Part shown: one piece after another, positions 50,484 to 63,749 of the stretch
Numbering within the stretch: the first letter of the stretch is position 1
Layout of the letters: every line of letters begins with the position of its first letter
DNA from: Yuukianura sp. NJ FZ-2021
Lineage: Eukaryota
NCBI GenBank assembly: GCA_046563655.1
Contig: CM102286.1
Coordinates: 9,796,001-9,860,000 of the forward strand
Length of the DNA: 64,000 bases
Direction: 5' to 3'
Translations under genes and position numbers: made by a program
Notes under the pieces: model-generated
Database searches by the model: none
What the model was told of the DNA's origin: nothing
Seen by the model: only the letters and a program-made list of their open reading frames with translations

Positions 50484-53470
50484 CACATTTGACATTTGAG
50501 TTCACATGCTGGCATTCATTTACTGCAAAAGTTTCAGTCGTATTAATTCAAAGACAATTACGACTAACCTTCGAATGCTGAATCAAAGCACTACGTGCAT
50601 GGTGTGTGGTATATATGCCATACCCGAACGTTGTCCTTCACATTTCTAACAAGCATAAGGAAGCATACCTGCAATCGTTTACATTCCGTTTGTCTACAAA
50701 TGTCCTGGCTCAAATTCTTGAGCCATACATGAAGGTAAATAGGGTGCGTCAAGAAACCGTTGTAAATTATAAAAGGTAATAATGTCAAATTGTAAAAAGG
50801 TAGGGCAATGCTCAAGGGTTGAGCATAGGTCTACTGGAAGGAGTTGACAATTGATACGGCTATTAGACCGGCTGTGCGCAAACCCGTTCAAGAAAAACGT
50901 TAAGACACCGTTTTCACGAGATATATGCAACGCCGCTCATAATTTTTGGTGCAGATGTGGGGCCTTTTTGTGCACAATTGCACCAAAATCTGATAACCGT
51001 TTGCATAAAAAAGTTGTCCTTTAGCTCAGATTTTCTATGCACTACATTTTTGCATCAAATTGTTCTGAATTATGCACAAAAGTAGAATGCACTTATAAAA
51101 GGTTATAAATCTGTTCATGTAAATGCACAATTATTCGGATGTAATCACCATCCGAAAAGATGTATGTGCAGTTATTCTCCAGTATGCACAAATTTTGAAA
51201 TAACAGCGTTCAATACCCAGCGTCAAAATAACTGCGCAATTCGACATTATTTATAAGTGTGCACAACATTGAACGTTGAGGAGTAGGGGTCGAATATAGC
51301 TTCTGTAAAATCAAAATCGGTTCAAGTAAATGCACAATTCGATGTTTATGTATTTTTGGCAGTCATTAGTGTGCATCATGCACAAAATTAAGTGTTAATG
51401 GTGAGGCCTCGAATATCGCTTGTTTATAATGTCAGCACTGTTTACGTATTACTAATTTAAGCATGAATTTGTACCCTCTAGCGAGGCTTATTTTAACAAC
51501 GTAACTAAACATACTGTCAGAAAATAACAGGGTCAAAACTTTGTTGTTTAAATATATTTTGAGTGAAATCGAAACCAAAACGTTTTCGGGAAACGAGTAC
51601 ACTGCGTCTGCGTAACGTGGCCGCTCACTTCGACGCTGTTAATTCTAGAATTTGAGTACAATGTAGACCTACTGAAAACTCTTGAGCCACACATAACCAC
51701 CCGACTGCGATGGGGCTTATGTTTCAGTGGAAAGGGTCCTAAAAAGTGTGACGGACGGACAGACAGACAAAGTCGTATCAATAGTCTTCTTCAGCACGTC
51801 GTAGACGTGCGTCTCCAGAAGACTAAAACCACTTACTCACGGCCTTTCTAATTTATTGTGGGAGAAAGTAATGCCAAATATAATGTATTCGACCAGGATG
51901 TCATAATTGCTTTATAATATTCTTTTGCTCAGCATGTCGTAAACTGGGTTCTGATGTACATGAAACTAGTAATTCAGCGTTGCCAGCCTGCCTACATCCT
52001 GGAAGATAGCCGCACCTTGAATTTAATACTTACACATTTGAGTTCATATGCTGGCATTCATTTACTGCAAAAGTTTCAGTCGTATTAATTCAAAGACAAT
52101 TACGACTAACCTTCGAATGCTGAATCAAAGCACTACGTGCATTGTGTGTGGTATATATGCCGTACCCGAACGTTGTCCTTCACATTTCTAACAAGCATAA
52201 GGAAGCATAACTGCAATCGTTTACATTCCGTTTATCTACAAAAGTCCTGGCTCAAATTCTTGGGCCATACATGAAGGTAAATAGTGTGCGTCAAGAAACC
52301 GTTGTAAATTATAAATGGTAATAACGTCAAATTGTAAAAACCACGTACTCACGGCCTTCCTAATTCAATCCTAACCTAGCCTAATTCTTTTTCTCAGCAT
52401 GTCGTTAACTGGGTTCTGATGAACATGAAACTAGTAATTCAGCGTTGCCGGCTTGCCTACATCCTGGAAGATAGCCGCACCTTAAATTTAATACTTACAC
52501 ATTTGAGTTCACATGCTGGCATTCATTTACTGCAAAAGTTTCAGTCGTATTAATTCAAAGACAATTACGACTAGCCTTCGAATGCTGAATCAAAGCACTA
52601 CGTGCATTGTGTGTGGTATATATGCCATACCCGAACGTTGTCCTTCACATTTCTAACAAGCATAAGGAAGCATACCTGCAATCGTTTACATTCCGTTTAT
52701 CTACAAATGTCCTGGCTCAAATTCTTGAGCCATACATGAAGGTAAATAGGGTGCGTCAAGAAACCGTTGTAAATTATAAAAGGTAATAATGTCAAATTGT
52801 AAAAACCACGTACTCACGGCCTTTCTAATTTATTGTGGGAGAAAGTAATGCCAAATATAATGTATTCGACCAGGATGTCATAATTGCTTTATAATATTCT
52901 TTTGCTCAGCATGTCGTAAACTGGGTTCTGATGTACATGAAACTAGTAATTCAGCGTTGCCAGCCTGCCTACATCCTGGGAGATAGCCGCACCTTGAATT
53001 TAATACTTACACATTTGAGTTCATATACTGGCATTCATTTACTGCAAAAGTTTCAGTCATATTAATTCAAAGACAATTACGACTAACCTTCGAATGCTGA
53101 ATCAAAGCACTACGTGTATTGCGTGTGGTATATATGCCGTACCCGAACGTTGTCCTTCACATTTCTAACAAGCATAAGGAAGCATACCTGCAATCGTTTA
53201 CATTCCGTTTATCTACAAAAGTCCTGGCTCAAATTCTTGAGCCATACATGAAGGTAAATAGGGTGCGTGAAGAAACCGTTGTAAATTATAAATGGTAATA
53301 ACGTCAAATTGTAAAAACCACGTACTCACGGCCTTCCTAATTCAATCCTAACCTAACCTAATTCTTTTGCTCAGCATGTCGTAAACTGGGTTCTGATGCA
53401 CATGAAACTAGTAATTCAGCGTTGCCAGCTTATGTCAAATTGTCAAACTGTAATAACCACGTACTCACGG
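50484..53470. repeat. 512-bp tandem repeat, right arm (long and shortened units alternate)
   Basis: Same unit as 27349-28493, resuming at cacatttgagttcacatgc; interrupted by a HINE. Confidence 0.92.
50797..51824 (-). mobile_element. HINE family A, full-length, independent insertion
   Basis: Both termini present; splits the A-run of tgtaaaaaccac; diverged from the satellite copies. Confidence 0.88.
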
Positions 53471-53847
53471 TGTAACGCCCTACGACGCTAAACAACTGAA
53501 AAACACTCCACCAGACTATTCCCTGAGCGTACAGGCTCTCAGATCCACATAACCTCCAAAGAAATCACAACTGCAAAACCATCGATGAATAATAAATATA
53601 TGTATATATTTAATAAATCGATGGTAACTGAAAAATATACCAAATAACAACTGCTCAAAAAATGATCATAACTCTAAACCTCCAACTCACTCTAACGCCA
53701 AATCCGCACTAAACTCTCTCTACAGAAACGCATCTCTCTCTGCCTCGCTACATCTCAAAACTCCCGCGACTCCACTCGCCGCATCTCGCTACAATCTCAA
53801 TAAGATATAATCTTATGGCTACGAAGCCTACGCAGCAGACGCCAACA
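53471..53847. mobile_element. Solo LTR (377 bp)
   Basis: TGT...ACA ends with ACGG duplicated on both sides (53467-53470, 53848-53851), interrupting the repeat motif ctcacggccttcct. Confidence 0.75.
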
Positions 53848-54300
53848 ACGGCCTTCCTCATCCATGTTTTCAAAATTTTGAAAAAAAAAATTGGAATTTT
53901 TTCTTGCGTCCGATTTGCATTAAATTTATTTCCCAGACTAATTTAGGGTTGCTGAACTCGAACCTTGAATCAGATTTAATCGGACTACTGAAATAAATTT
54001 CCCGCACCGAATGCGCAGCGTTAGGTTTTGTTAAGTTGGCAATAGTGATTCCCTTTGTAGGTTAGTTTAGACTACTGAACTTATTACACTTTTCATGCAT
54101 ATCGGAGGCAAAAAATCCATCCAAAAATTTTTTGTGAAAAATTTGGAAAACATTTGAAAAAGTGGTGTCCAATAAAAAATTTTGCCATATTCGTGTTCAG
54201 TACCCACAAATTAGGCTATAAAAATTTTTTCATGCCAATCGGAATTTACCAAGAACATTGCATTTTTTCCGGCGTCTCAAGAAACAGTTGTAAATTATAA

Positions 54301-54505
54301 CAACGTAGGGCGATGTTCAAGGGTTGAGCATTCGTCTTCTGGAGGAGCAGACAATTGATACGTCTGAAAAGATGTCCGACCGGCCGCAATACCCTTGAGC
54401 AAAACTGTTGAGAAACTGCTTTTGCAAGATTCTTTTGCCGAAACGGCGGTCATAATGTTCAATGCGGATATAGGGGAATTTGTTATGCACGAATTGCACC
54501 ACATT
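54301..54505 (-). mobile_element. Diverged HINE A 3' fragment
   Basis: cgtagggcgatgttcaagggttgagcattcgtcttctggag. Confidence 0.65.
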
Positions 54506-54599
54506 GCCGAATTTAAACATTCCTTTCCAGGTTACTTTTCGAATGAATAATACAGTCGCCGAAATTTTCGCTGTTGCTAGGAGAACTGAAGTTTATTTT

Positions 54600-55060
54600 A
54601 GCCTTCTGGAGACGCATGTCTACGACTAACCATGCTGAAGCAGACTATTGATACGACTTTGTCTATCGCATTTTTAGGACCCTTTCCACTGAAACATTAG
54701 CCCCATCGCAGTGGGGGGGGGCATGTATGGCTCAAGAGCTTTCAGTAGGTCTATATTGCACTTAACGTGTTAAAATAACAACGTAGAAGTTGGCGCCGTA
54801 CCCGCAGTATCATGGCTCGCTGAAATTTTTTGGTTTTGATTACTCTCAAAATATATTTAACCAACAAATGTTTAGTTTGGTCATTTTCTGACAGTTATTT
54901 TAATTACGTTGTTAAATTAAGCCTAGTTAGAGTGTAGAAATTCCGGCTTAAATTCGTAATAATAAACAGTGTTTGGCAAGGTTCAAATTTGCATTTACAA
55001 AAAATTTTTAATTTTGATTTGAACAAGCAAATATTTGACTCTATAGCTTATGCACTTAAT
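54600..55060 (+). mobile_element. HINE A 5' half
   Basis: agccttctggagacgcatgtctacga... homologous to about 460 bp of family A. Confidence 0.7.
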
Positions 55061-55703
55061 TTAACGCGAGGTGCATTTCATTTCGTCTCCCTTGAAGTTT
55101 ACCCAACCAGAAACGAAACGAAAATTAACGTTGATTTTAAGACGGCAGTCTGAAAAATGATTGAAGTTGTAAACTATTCATCGACTTTGTATTTACGTTT
55201 AGAAACTATTCGGCGTTGGAAGCAACTTTTTTTAGGAACAATGCGGCTGTAGAAACAAATCTTTTAGACACAACCTGATTTGAAGCAATTTACGTTTAGA
55301 ACCAATTGGCAATTATAGTTTGAGTATTTATTTTTGATCCTTTGTTGATTTGATTTTCACATCCAAAATTCAGTTACAGAGAAAACCAATCGGAATTTTT
55401 GTTGCCGTAATATATTGCATTACAGCTAAATTATTACTGATAAAATAAAGGGATTAACAAAAATATTTTGATTGAAATCGAAATGCCCAGCTGTGGATGT
55501 GAAATTTGAAGTGCAGGAGGAGGGCCGGTTCGATGGAATTTCTTTTCCTCTCAGTCGAGGCTTGGCTATCGATGAAGACAGAAGCGTATGTTGATCTCTC
55601 TTTGTTTTAAAAATTTTCTATTCAGATTTTAATTAACGTTTATACAGCTCTAGCTAAGTTCAGTCATATAGTCAGCAATTCGTTCGTCGCTGCATCTTTT
55701 TCA

Positions 55704-56290
55704 ATGGGTCTGTTACAGAAGGAGAAGAAAATGATTGTGAGTACGAGACAAGTGTTTGAAGTGGAGAAGAAACTATTGGAAGAGAAGGTGAAGTCAAAGA
55801 AGCTGAAACAGGAAGACATACCCATCAACCACAGGAATGTACTGTTGAGGACGGCAGAAACTTTGCATGTAAGTGTTCGCATATCGTTTCAATGACTCTT
55901 ATATTATTTTTCTGTTATGTTATCCATTTCTAAAACACTTCTAATTCTTTTCCTAGGTCAATCAACACACTGTGAAAAGAGTCTTCAAAGAATTTGATAC
56001 TACTGGGCAAGTTTCACAACCACGTCACAAGAACGCTGGACGGAAAAGGTTCGTGTTGGACAGCTTTGATGAAGGAGTTATCAGAAGAATTATACTTACC
56101 GTTTAATCCAACAAAATCTTGCCAACGCTTGACTACAATCACAAGGAACTCAAAGAAGATCCTTACTTGCGTCAATTGAGCAAGAACACGAAAGAAGTTA
56201 TGCAATCCAGTGAACTTGATCAGCTATGGGCTGCTTGTGTGGGACATGTCGTCGAACTCGAGGAACTTTATCATGGAGAAGGAGAAAATT
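55704..56290 (+). pseudogene. Internally deleted IS630-Tc1-mariner-like transposase remnant with an intron
   Basis: Splicing 55869-55956 (GTAAGT..TAG) gives VLLRTAETLHVNQHTVKRVFKE...LDSFDEGVIRRIILTV*SNKILPTL (HTH-like), followed directly by LWAACVGHVVELEELY (C-terminal-like). No DDE core. Confidence 0.55.
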
Positions 56291-56769
56291 GCTGAGGACT
56301 TCATTGAAAGAACCAGGGAGCGCATCATCATTCAGATTGGAGGAGATTCACCAACAGTCTCAAGTTCAGATGAGGAATAAAATCAACTTTTACGCTGCAC
56401 CATTTAGTTCGTTTCGTTCCGTGCATTTGCGTTCAGTTATCGAAATTGCTATTAGCAATGCAATTTTTTCGAAATAAACAAAGGATCAAAAATAAAAATT
56501 CAAACTATAGAAACAATTTTTTAGAAGCAATTTTGTTCGAAATAATTCACGATTAGAAACAATTTGCCTTTAGAAACAATTCGGTTTGAAACAATTCGTT
56601 TGGAACAAAGTGCTTAGAAATAATTCATCTGAAACAATGGCAGGAATCCTTTACGTGTAGTATGTGGCTCTTTGTATTTAATTTCACTATATTACTCCTT
56701 TGCTCTCGTTGCAGCCCGTTTGCACCACTCCAATATGCGCCCCTCAATGTGCGCCTATAACATAAGCGC

Positions 56770-57216
56770 TGTTGGAGGAATTGACAAGGCCAAGCCAATA
56801 GCCGCTTGACCTTGGTCAACCCCTCCACTAATTAAATTAAAATTCTTTCTCTTCTCTGAGTCTTACAGGCTCTAAAGCCTGTCATAGTGTCATGCCTTGT
56901 GACATGATCCATGGCACAAGGTGAGGCATTTTGTGTTCATGGACTGACGAGTGACCAAGGTCACTCAGCAGCCCATGTCAAGACTCTCCTGCCCCACCAA
57001 CCTCAGTCGGTCTGTAACTCTCCTCCTATCAACTTGTTAGTTGTTACACAGTCTGATTCTCCAATAATTCTAAAATCGAAACAATTGGCTCCTTCATTTT
57101 CTTTCTTTTTTAATAAAAGGGTGAAAGCCCCAAAAAATCATCCACTTCTCATCTTGTTCGTTTTCACCCACGTTCTTTCTCAAATTACCAATCGGAGTTT
57201 GCTTAGAACTCCGACA
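56770..57216 (+). repeat. 5' LTR
   Basis: tgttggag ... ctccgaca imperfect terminal IR; AATAAA near 57111. Right end inferred from the IR only. Confidence 0.8.
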
Positions 57217-57281
57217 AGTTTTTTTGGATTTTTGGCAAAAGTGCTTAGTGTGTGACACGACCTCTCACCTAATCACTCAAG

Positions 57282-60200
57282 ATGAGTACCGAAGAGGAAG
57301 TGATGGTGGATCCCGATATCCCCTACGAACACGCTGTTTTTGGACTTGAACAGTTCAAAATCAGCGCCCAAAAGTTTGCTGATACGGTTAACCCTCAAAA
57401 CTGGTCAAAGTTCAATGGCCTTGAGGTCACCGTGAAGGAAGGCAAACTAACCAAAATGGAAAACCAACTGGAGTTTTGGCGGGAGAAAATCATCTTGGCA
57501 TGCTCAGTGGTGAAAGACTCCCACCAAGTTCTCCAGTCCCACCAAGTGACCCTTGACCTTTGCGAAAATCTTCTGGAAAAGTGTCAATTACAAATCCTCC
57601 GTGCACGTGAGTTGTGCAACGAGAGGAAAAAATCAACCACCAATTCCAATCAAGATTCCGAGGAACTTCCGGACGGCTCCGATTTTAAGTTGGAGCGTAC
57701 CAAACCGCTAACTTTCTCCGGAAACTACTCGGAATGGCCCCACTATGCTGACCTGTTTAAGGCAGCAGTAATTGACAACAAGAAAATATCAGGTGCGTCT
57801 AAACTCATGTATTTAAAAAATTCATTGACAGGAGAAGCAGCATCCATCGCAGCATCATTTCCGCCAACCAACCTAAGTTTCACAGAGGCTTGGGCGTTGG
57901 TGGAAAAGAGATACAACAAAAAGCGAGAAATTGCTTTTTCACACCTCCAGAAGCTCTTCTCTCTCCAAACAGTCTCTGATTCCACTTCCGGCTTACGGAA
58001 GGTCATTGACCTTGTCAACCAAACCTCCATCTCACTAAAACAAATGGGATTGGCCGTGGACCAATGGGACGTCTTCATTGTTTACTGGGTCCAAACAAAG
58101 TTAGACGCAGAAACACGAAAGCAATGGCTGCTTTCCGAAGACGATAACCTCCCAGTTCTTTCGGAATTTCTGGAATTCCTCGAGCGCCGTTCCAGTGCTC
58201 TGTCCGAACCCACCAAATACACCAAGGTCAAACCATCCACATCATCCGCTACAAACCATGTCAACGCTACCCACCATGTCAACGCCACCCAGGGCAAACA
58301 ACCGCTACCCACTAAATGTCCAAAGTGTGCATCCGACCACCGCCTATTTCACTGCCCGGAATTCCAAGGCCTTTCGCTCAATGACAAATGGTCATTTGTG
58401 CACAAATGCAAATTATGCAATTTGTGCCTTCGTCATGGACATTCCACTGCAGATTGTTTTTATAAAACTTTCTGCAGACATTGCAACAAGAAACACCATC
58501 CATCACTCCACAAGTTTGACTCCAAGGACACCACGTCCTCTAAGCCTGACTCACACCAGAGTCAAGGTCACTCTAACTCAAAGTCAAAGGATAGTCAGTC
58601 CACTCCATCCACCAGTGCCACCAAATCAAACCCACCAAATGACGTCACTTCACTTCACTCTACAGCTCCGTTCTCCAGTGATAGTGTAGTTCTCATGGCC
58701 ACTCTCATAGTGAATGTGACTGACTCCAATGGTAACAGCCAACCTTGCCGGGTCTTTTTAGACCCAGGATCAGACACAAATTTTGTGTCCGAAAATTTCA
58801 TGTCACGGTTGGGGTTAACCAGACAACACTCATGTGTAAACATCACTGGCATAGGTGGCTCCAAAAGTGACTTTTCGCGTGGACTAGTGACTTTCACCGC
58901 CCACTCCACTTCCACCAATTTTTCACTCCCAGTGAAAGCACTTGTTCTTCCTAAGTTGACGGGTCACCTCCCCAGAGAAAAGTGCCAGGTCAACTTTCCA
59001 CATCTAGAGGGTCTCACCCTCTCCGATCCAATTTTTCACTCCCCCGCTCACGTGGACATTCTCTTCGGAGCGGAAGTGGAAGCTCTCATCAAACTTCCTG
59101 GACTTCGCAGAGGAGCTCCAGGCACTCCAATTGCCCAAAATACCAAGTTCGGTTGGTATTTGAGTGGAAGTGCTCCCACACAAGTGTCATCTTCCAGTTT
59201 TTGTGCCAGTTCCTTCCACTCCACTTGTTCAGTCAGTGACCAGTGCCTCGAATCGTCACTCCAAAAATTTTGGGAATTGGAAGAACCAACTCCCACCACC
59301 TCCAATCTCACTTCCGCGGACCAACAGTGTGAGGATCACTTTCTCCAAACTTTCACTCGCGACTCCGAAGGTCGCTACGAGGTCAACCTCCCGTTTTCCA
59401 CTAATGCTGGGGTTCTGGGGGAATCTCGCTCCAAAGCAGTTTCCTGCTTCCGCTCACTGGAGAGACAACTGGAAAAAGATCCAGCTCTCCAGGAAAATTA
59501 CCACACCCAAATTGAAAATTTTATCTCCAACCAATGGGTGGAAGTTGTTCCTCCAATCCAACCATCCACAAAAGTGAAAGTGACAAATGTGTCTAAAGCC
59601 GAGTTCACACTTAACCCCTATTACATACCACATCACGTGGTAGTGAAACCCGAAAACACCACCACCAAAGTGCGTATTGTGTTCAACGCTTCCGCGAAGA
59701 CCACTTCCGGTGAAAGTTTAAATAGTCTCCTCCTCCCTGGTCCAAAGATCCAAACGGATCTCCACCCATTGCTCACACGGTTCCGTTCACACCAAATTGC
59801 ATTGTCTGCGGACATTGTGAAATTTTATCATCAAGTGAAAGTGCATCCTGACCATTCGGACTTTCAACGCTTTGTATGGAGAAAGTCCCCGGATCTCACT
59901 TTCACCGACCTCCGATTTAACCGTGTGATTTTTGGCGTAACATCGGCTCCGTTTTTGGCGATCCGAGTATTACGCCAACTGGGGGAAGACGCTAAAGCCG
60001 AATTCCCACTCGCCCATGCAGCCATCACCAGCGACTTCCTCGTCGACAACTTGCTTTCCGGTGCAGCGACGGTGGAAGAAGCAATGCAACTGAAGTCCCA
60101 AGTGACCACGGTTCTCCATCAGGGGAAGTTCCCACTCCAAAAATGGTGTTCTAACCACCCGGAAGTGTTAAGCACCATTCCCACCTCCGAGCGGGAAACT

Positions 60201-62747
60201 TTCTCCCTCAACATTCAAGAAGATGAGTCTGTCAAAACCATCGGACTCTACTGGCATCCACATTCGGACACTTTTGGTGTAAAAATATGTGACCCCCCGA
60301 AAGTCACCCAAGCAACTAAACGCGAAGTTTTGTCGCATACCGCCAGAGTGTTTGATCCCCTTAACTGGCTCGCTCCCGTCACCATAATTCCCAAAATCAT
60401 CCTCCAAGAGCTATGGAAGCTCAAATTGACATGGGACGAGCCAATCCCACTCCACATTTTCAAAAAATGGGAAAAGTACTGTGCAGAACTTTCCCTCCTC
60501 AAAAAATTCCGAATTCCACGGTGTCTGACTTTCGCCACTTTCTCTCCCGCCGATACTCACTACGACCTAATTGGGTTTTGCGATGCCAGTACTCAAGCGT
60601 ACTGCGCATGCGCATATCTTCGCTCCAATCAAAATGGAGAAGTGAAAGTGGAGTTAGTTGCCGCCAAAACCCGAGTTGCTCCGGTAGCCGGGGAAACCAC
60701 CCCAAAATTGGAATTGTGCAGTGCCGTTCTCCTCACCAACTTAGTGAACTCAATTGCAACTGCACTTTCTCCAACCAAAATCAAAATCGAAAATTTCCTC
60801 TGCTTCACGGACTCAACTGGTGCCCTCGGTCAATTGTTTTCTACTGAAAAACAATCTGTGTTTGTGATCAACCGAGTGCGCAAAATCAAAAATTCAATTG
60901 CGCAACTCCATTGGTTTCATGTCCCAGGCGGACTGAATCCTGCCGATCTGCCTACTCGGGGACTCACGTCACACTAACTCCTCACCAGTGACCTTTGGCT
61001 CCACGGGCCCACCTTTCTCCTAACAGACGAAATTCCACCTCAACCATACTCAAAATCCGTGACGTCATTGGCCACTACCACTTCCACAGGAATTGACTAT
61101 GTCAACTCCTGCCTACTCCGACTCATTACTACCGTTTCGTCTTTTCAAAAAATGAAAAGACTCATAGCGTACTGGTTACGCTTAAAAGCACGACTACGAC
61201 AACGATGTGTTGACAGGGTCAACACAAAACTGACGTCATCTCTAGCCACGCCCCTCCAAATCTACATCACTCCGAAGGAAATCAAGGACGCAGTGATCAC
61301 TTTGGTGAAGTGTGTTCAAGTTTTGGCTTTTTCATCCGAAATTAATTTTTGTGCCCAATGTCACAAAAAGCCCGCCAAAACCAAACTTCGTTTTTTATCT
61401 CCGTTTTTGGACGAAAACGGAGTACTCCGAGTTGGTGGACGACTACAGCAGTCTCCAATCAACTTCAGCATGCGTCATCCGATTTTGCTGCCAAAATTCC
61501 GACGTCGCCCGAGCAACACGGCACAACAACAAATCAACGCTTTCGTTTTGGCCATTGTTCGCGACTTCCATATTCACCACCTACACGCAGGACCGAAGTT
61601 ACTCCTTTCTCTCGTCAGAACGGAGTTCTGGATTCAACGGGGTCATGACCTCTGCAAATGGGTCTACCGCCGATGCATCCAGTGCTTCAAGGTCAACCCA
61701 CAGCCAAGTCTCCAACTCATGGGTCAACTTCCTCCTGCTCGTGTAACCAGTGACTTTCCCTTTGTGAAAGTAGGAACGGACTACGCAGGTCCGTTTGAAA
61801 TCGCCGCCACCACTGGAAGGAAGCCGCGCATGCTCAAAGCATACGTGTGCGTTTTCGTTTGCATGGCCACCAAGGCCATTCACTTGGAATTTTCTGGAGG
61901 ACTCAGCACTCCAGACTTTCTCTCCGCCTTCCAACGCTTCATTTCAATCCGAAATGCACCAAGTGACATTTTCTGCGATGGAGGCAGAAACTTCCTTGGC
62001 GCCAAAAATGAGATGGCAGAACTCCAGCGTCTCATCACCTCTCCACAACACCTCAGCAAGGTCAACCTCTTCTGCATTGGTGAAAGTATCAACTTTCACT
62101 TTTCTCCACCCTATGGACCACATCATGGCGGTATTTGGGAAGCAGCCGTGAAAAGTATGAAGACGAACCTTGCCAAGGTCATCCAAGGTCATCACCCTTC
62201 CATTGAAGAGTTCGTGACCTTACTAGCCAGAACTTCCGCCAATCTCAATTCCAGACCGCTCACTCCACTCTCCGACTCTCCAGACGACTTCCAGGTCCTT
62301 ACACCATTCCACTTTCTCACCCTACGCGGACCTAGAGAAGTGACCGAAGAAGACGTCACTTGGATGAAAACTCACCATTCCCGATGGCAACACGTTCAGC
62401 AGATGGCCCAACATTTGTTCAAACGCTGGAGGTTGGATTACCTCCATACTCTCCAGCAAAAGGGAAAGTGGCTCGACTCCAAGCCGAACATCTCCAACGA
62501 CATGCTCGTCCTCCTCCACGACTCCGATGCTGCCATTGGACCACAACGCTGGACACTTGGACGGATCGAGGACGTTTTCCCAGGAAAGGACGGTCTTGTG
62601 CGCAGCTGCGATGTGCGCATTCCAGTCCCACCGGATCCAGCCAAACCGGATGGAAAACCATTCAAGATTTTCCATCGACCAATTACCAAGCTTTCCCCAC
62701 TCCCATTGGACGACAACGTCATCTCCAACTACACCACGCTCCAATAA
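57282..62747 (+). pseudogene. BEL/Pao gag-pol polyprotein with one premature stop
   Basis: ORFs 57282-60977 and 61059-62747 are in one frame: LTSH*LLTSDLWLHGP. RT motif reads FLVDN instead of YVDD. Confidence 0.9.
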
Positions 62748-62978
62748 CTTTAAGTTTTCTTTTCTTTTTCAAATTCGAGTAAAGTAAACACTAGAGTTAC
62801 TTTAAATATACTTAAATTTAATTAATTATTTACCTATTTACAAATTTACAAATTTCCCTTTTTCCTAGGGTTGGCTTTTTCTCCAGCACTCCATTTCATT
62901 TCCACATTCAATTTTCCATTTTCAAATTTCATTTTCCAAAATCTCTTGGTGGATCTTAAATCCACCAAGGGCCGGGAG

Positions 62979-63361
62979 TGTTGGAGGAATTGACAAGGCC
63001 AAGCCAATAGCCGCTTGACCTTGGTCAACCCCTCCACTAATTAAATCAAAATTCTTTCTTTTCTCTGAGTCTTACAGGCTCTAAAGCCTGTCATAGTGTC
63101 ATGCCTTGTGACATGATCCATGGCACAAGGTGAGGCATTTTGTGTTCTTGGACTGAAGAGTGACCAAGGTCACTCAGCAGCCCATGTCAAGACTCTCCTG
63201 CCCCACCAACCTCAGTCGGTCTGTAACTCTCCTCCTATCAACTTGTTAGTTGTTACACAGTCTGATTCTCCAATAATTCTAAAATCGAAACAATTGGCTC
63301 CTTCATTTTCTTTCTGTTTTAATAAAAGGGTGAAAGCCCCAAAAAATCCACTTCTCATCTT
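62979..63361 (+). repeat. 3' LTR, apparently truncated at its right end
   Basis: Matches the 5' LTR from tgttggagg to cttctcatctt with ~6 differences; preceded by purine-rich aagggccgggag. Confidence 0.85.
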
Positions 63362-63749
63362 CACAAAAAAAAAAACTTCCATTCGACCAGAAAATACGTT
63401 TTCCAGTGTGTACAGTTTTATTTCCTGTGTGGAACAAGTTTTAATTAAACGCGACAGGCAATTAAAATGTCAAAGCGTTGATTAGATTTAGTTAACTTTT
63501 ACTTTCGTTTTAAAATATACTTACAAAATTTATTACCAAAACATTACCAACGGACAACTTTACTGTTCATCATCATCAACAATCAGCTGACTACGATTTA
63601 ACTCATGGCACCGTGCAAACGACTATAAGTAAGTTCCGTCTTACATTAGTATTTGTAGTGACACGAAGGTCATAATCATCCAAATTGAAACCAAAAGATA
63701 CTGGCACCAGTTCTGGTATTTATCTAGTTTACTTCCTGATGATGAACCG

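Larger units (their letters stand above)
56770..63361 (+). mobile_element. BEL/Pao LTR retrotransposon, defective
   Basis: Two near-identical LTRs; gag (FSG..EW..F..LF, three Cys/His knuckles), protease FLDPGS, RT, RNaseH FCDAS/NPAD, integrase DYAGP/WEAAVKS. Confidence 0.95.

Noticed and set aside
60975..60977. Programmed read-through at the BEL stop
   Set aside because: It falls within a normally continuous pol region; a nonsense substitution is simpler.
57743..62787. Overlapping and antisense ORFs within gag-pol
   Set aside because: Shadow frames of a long coding region.
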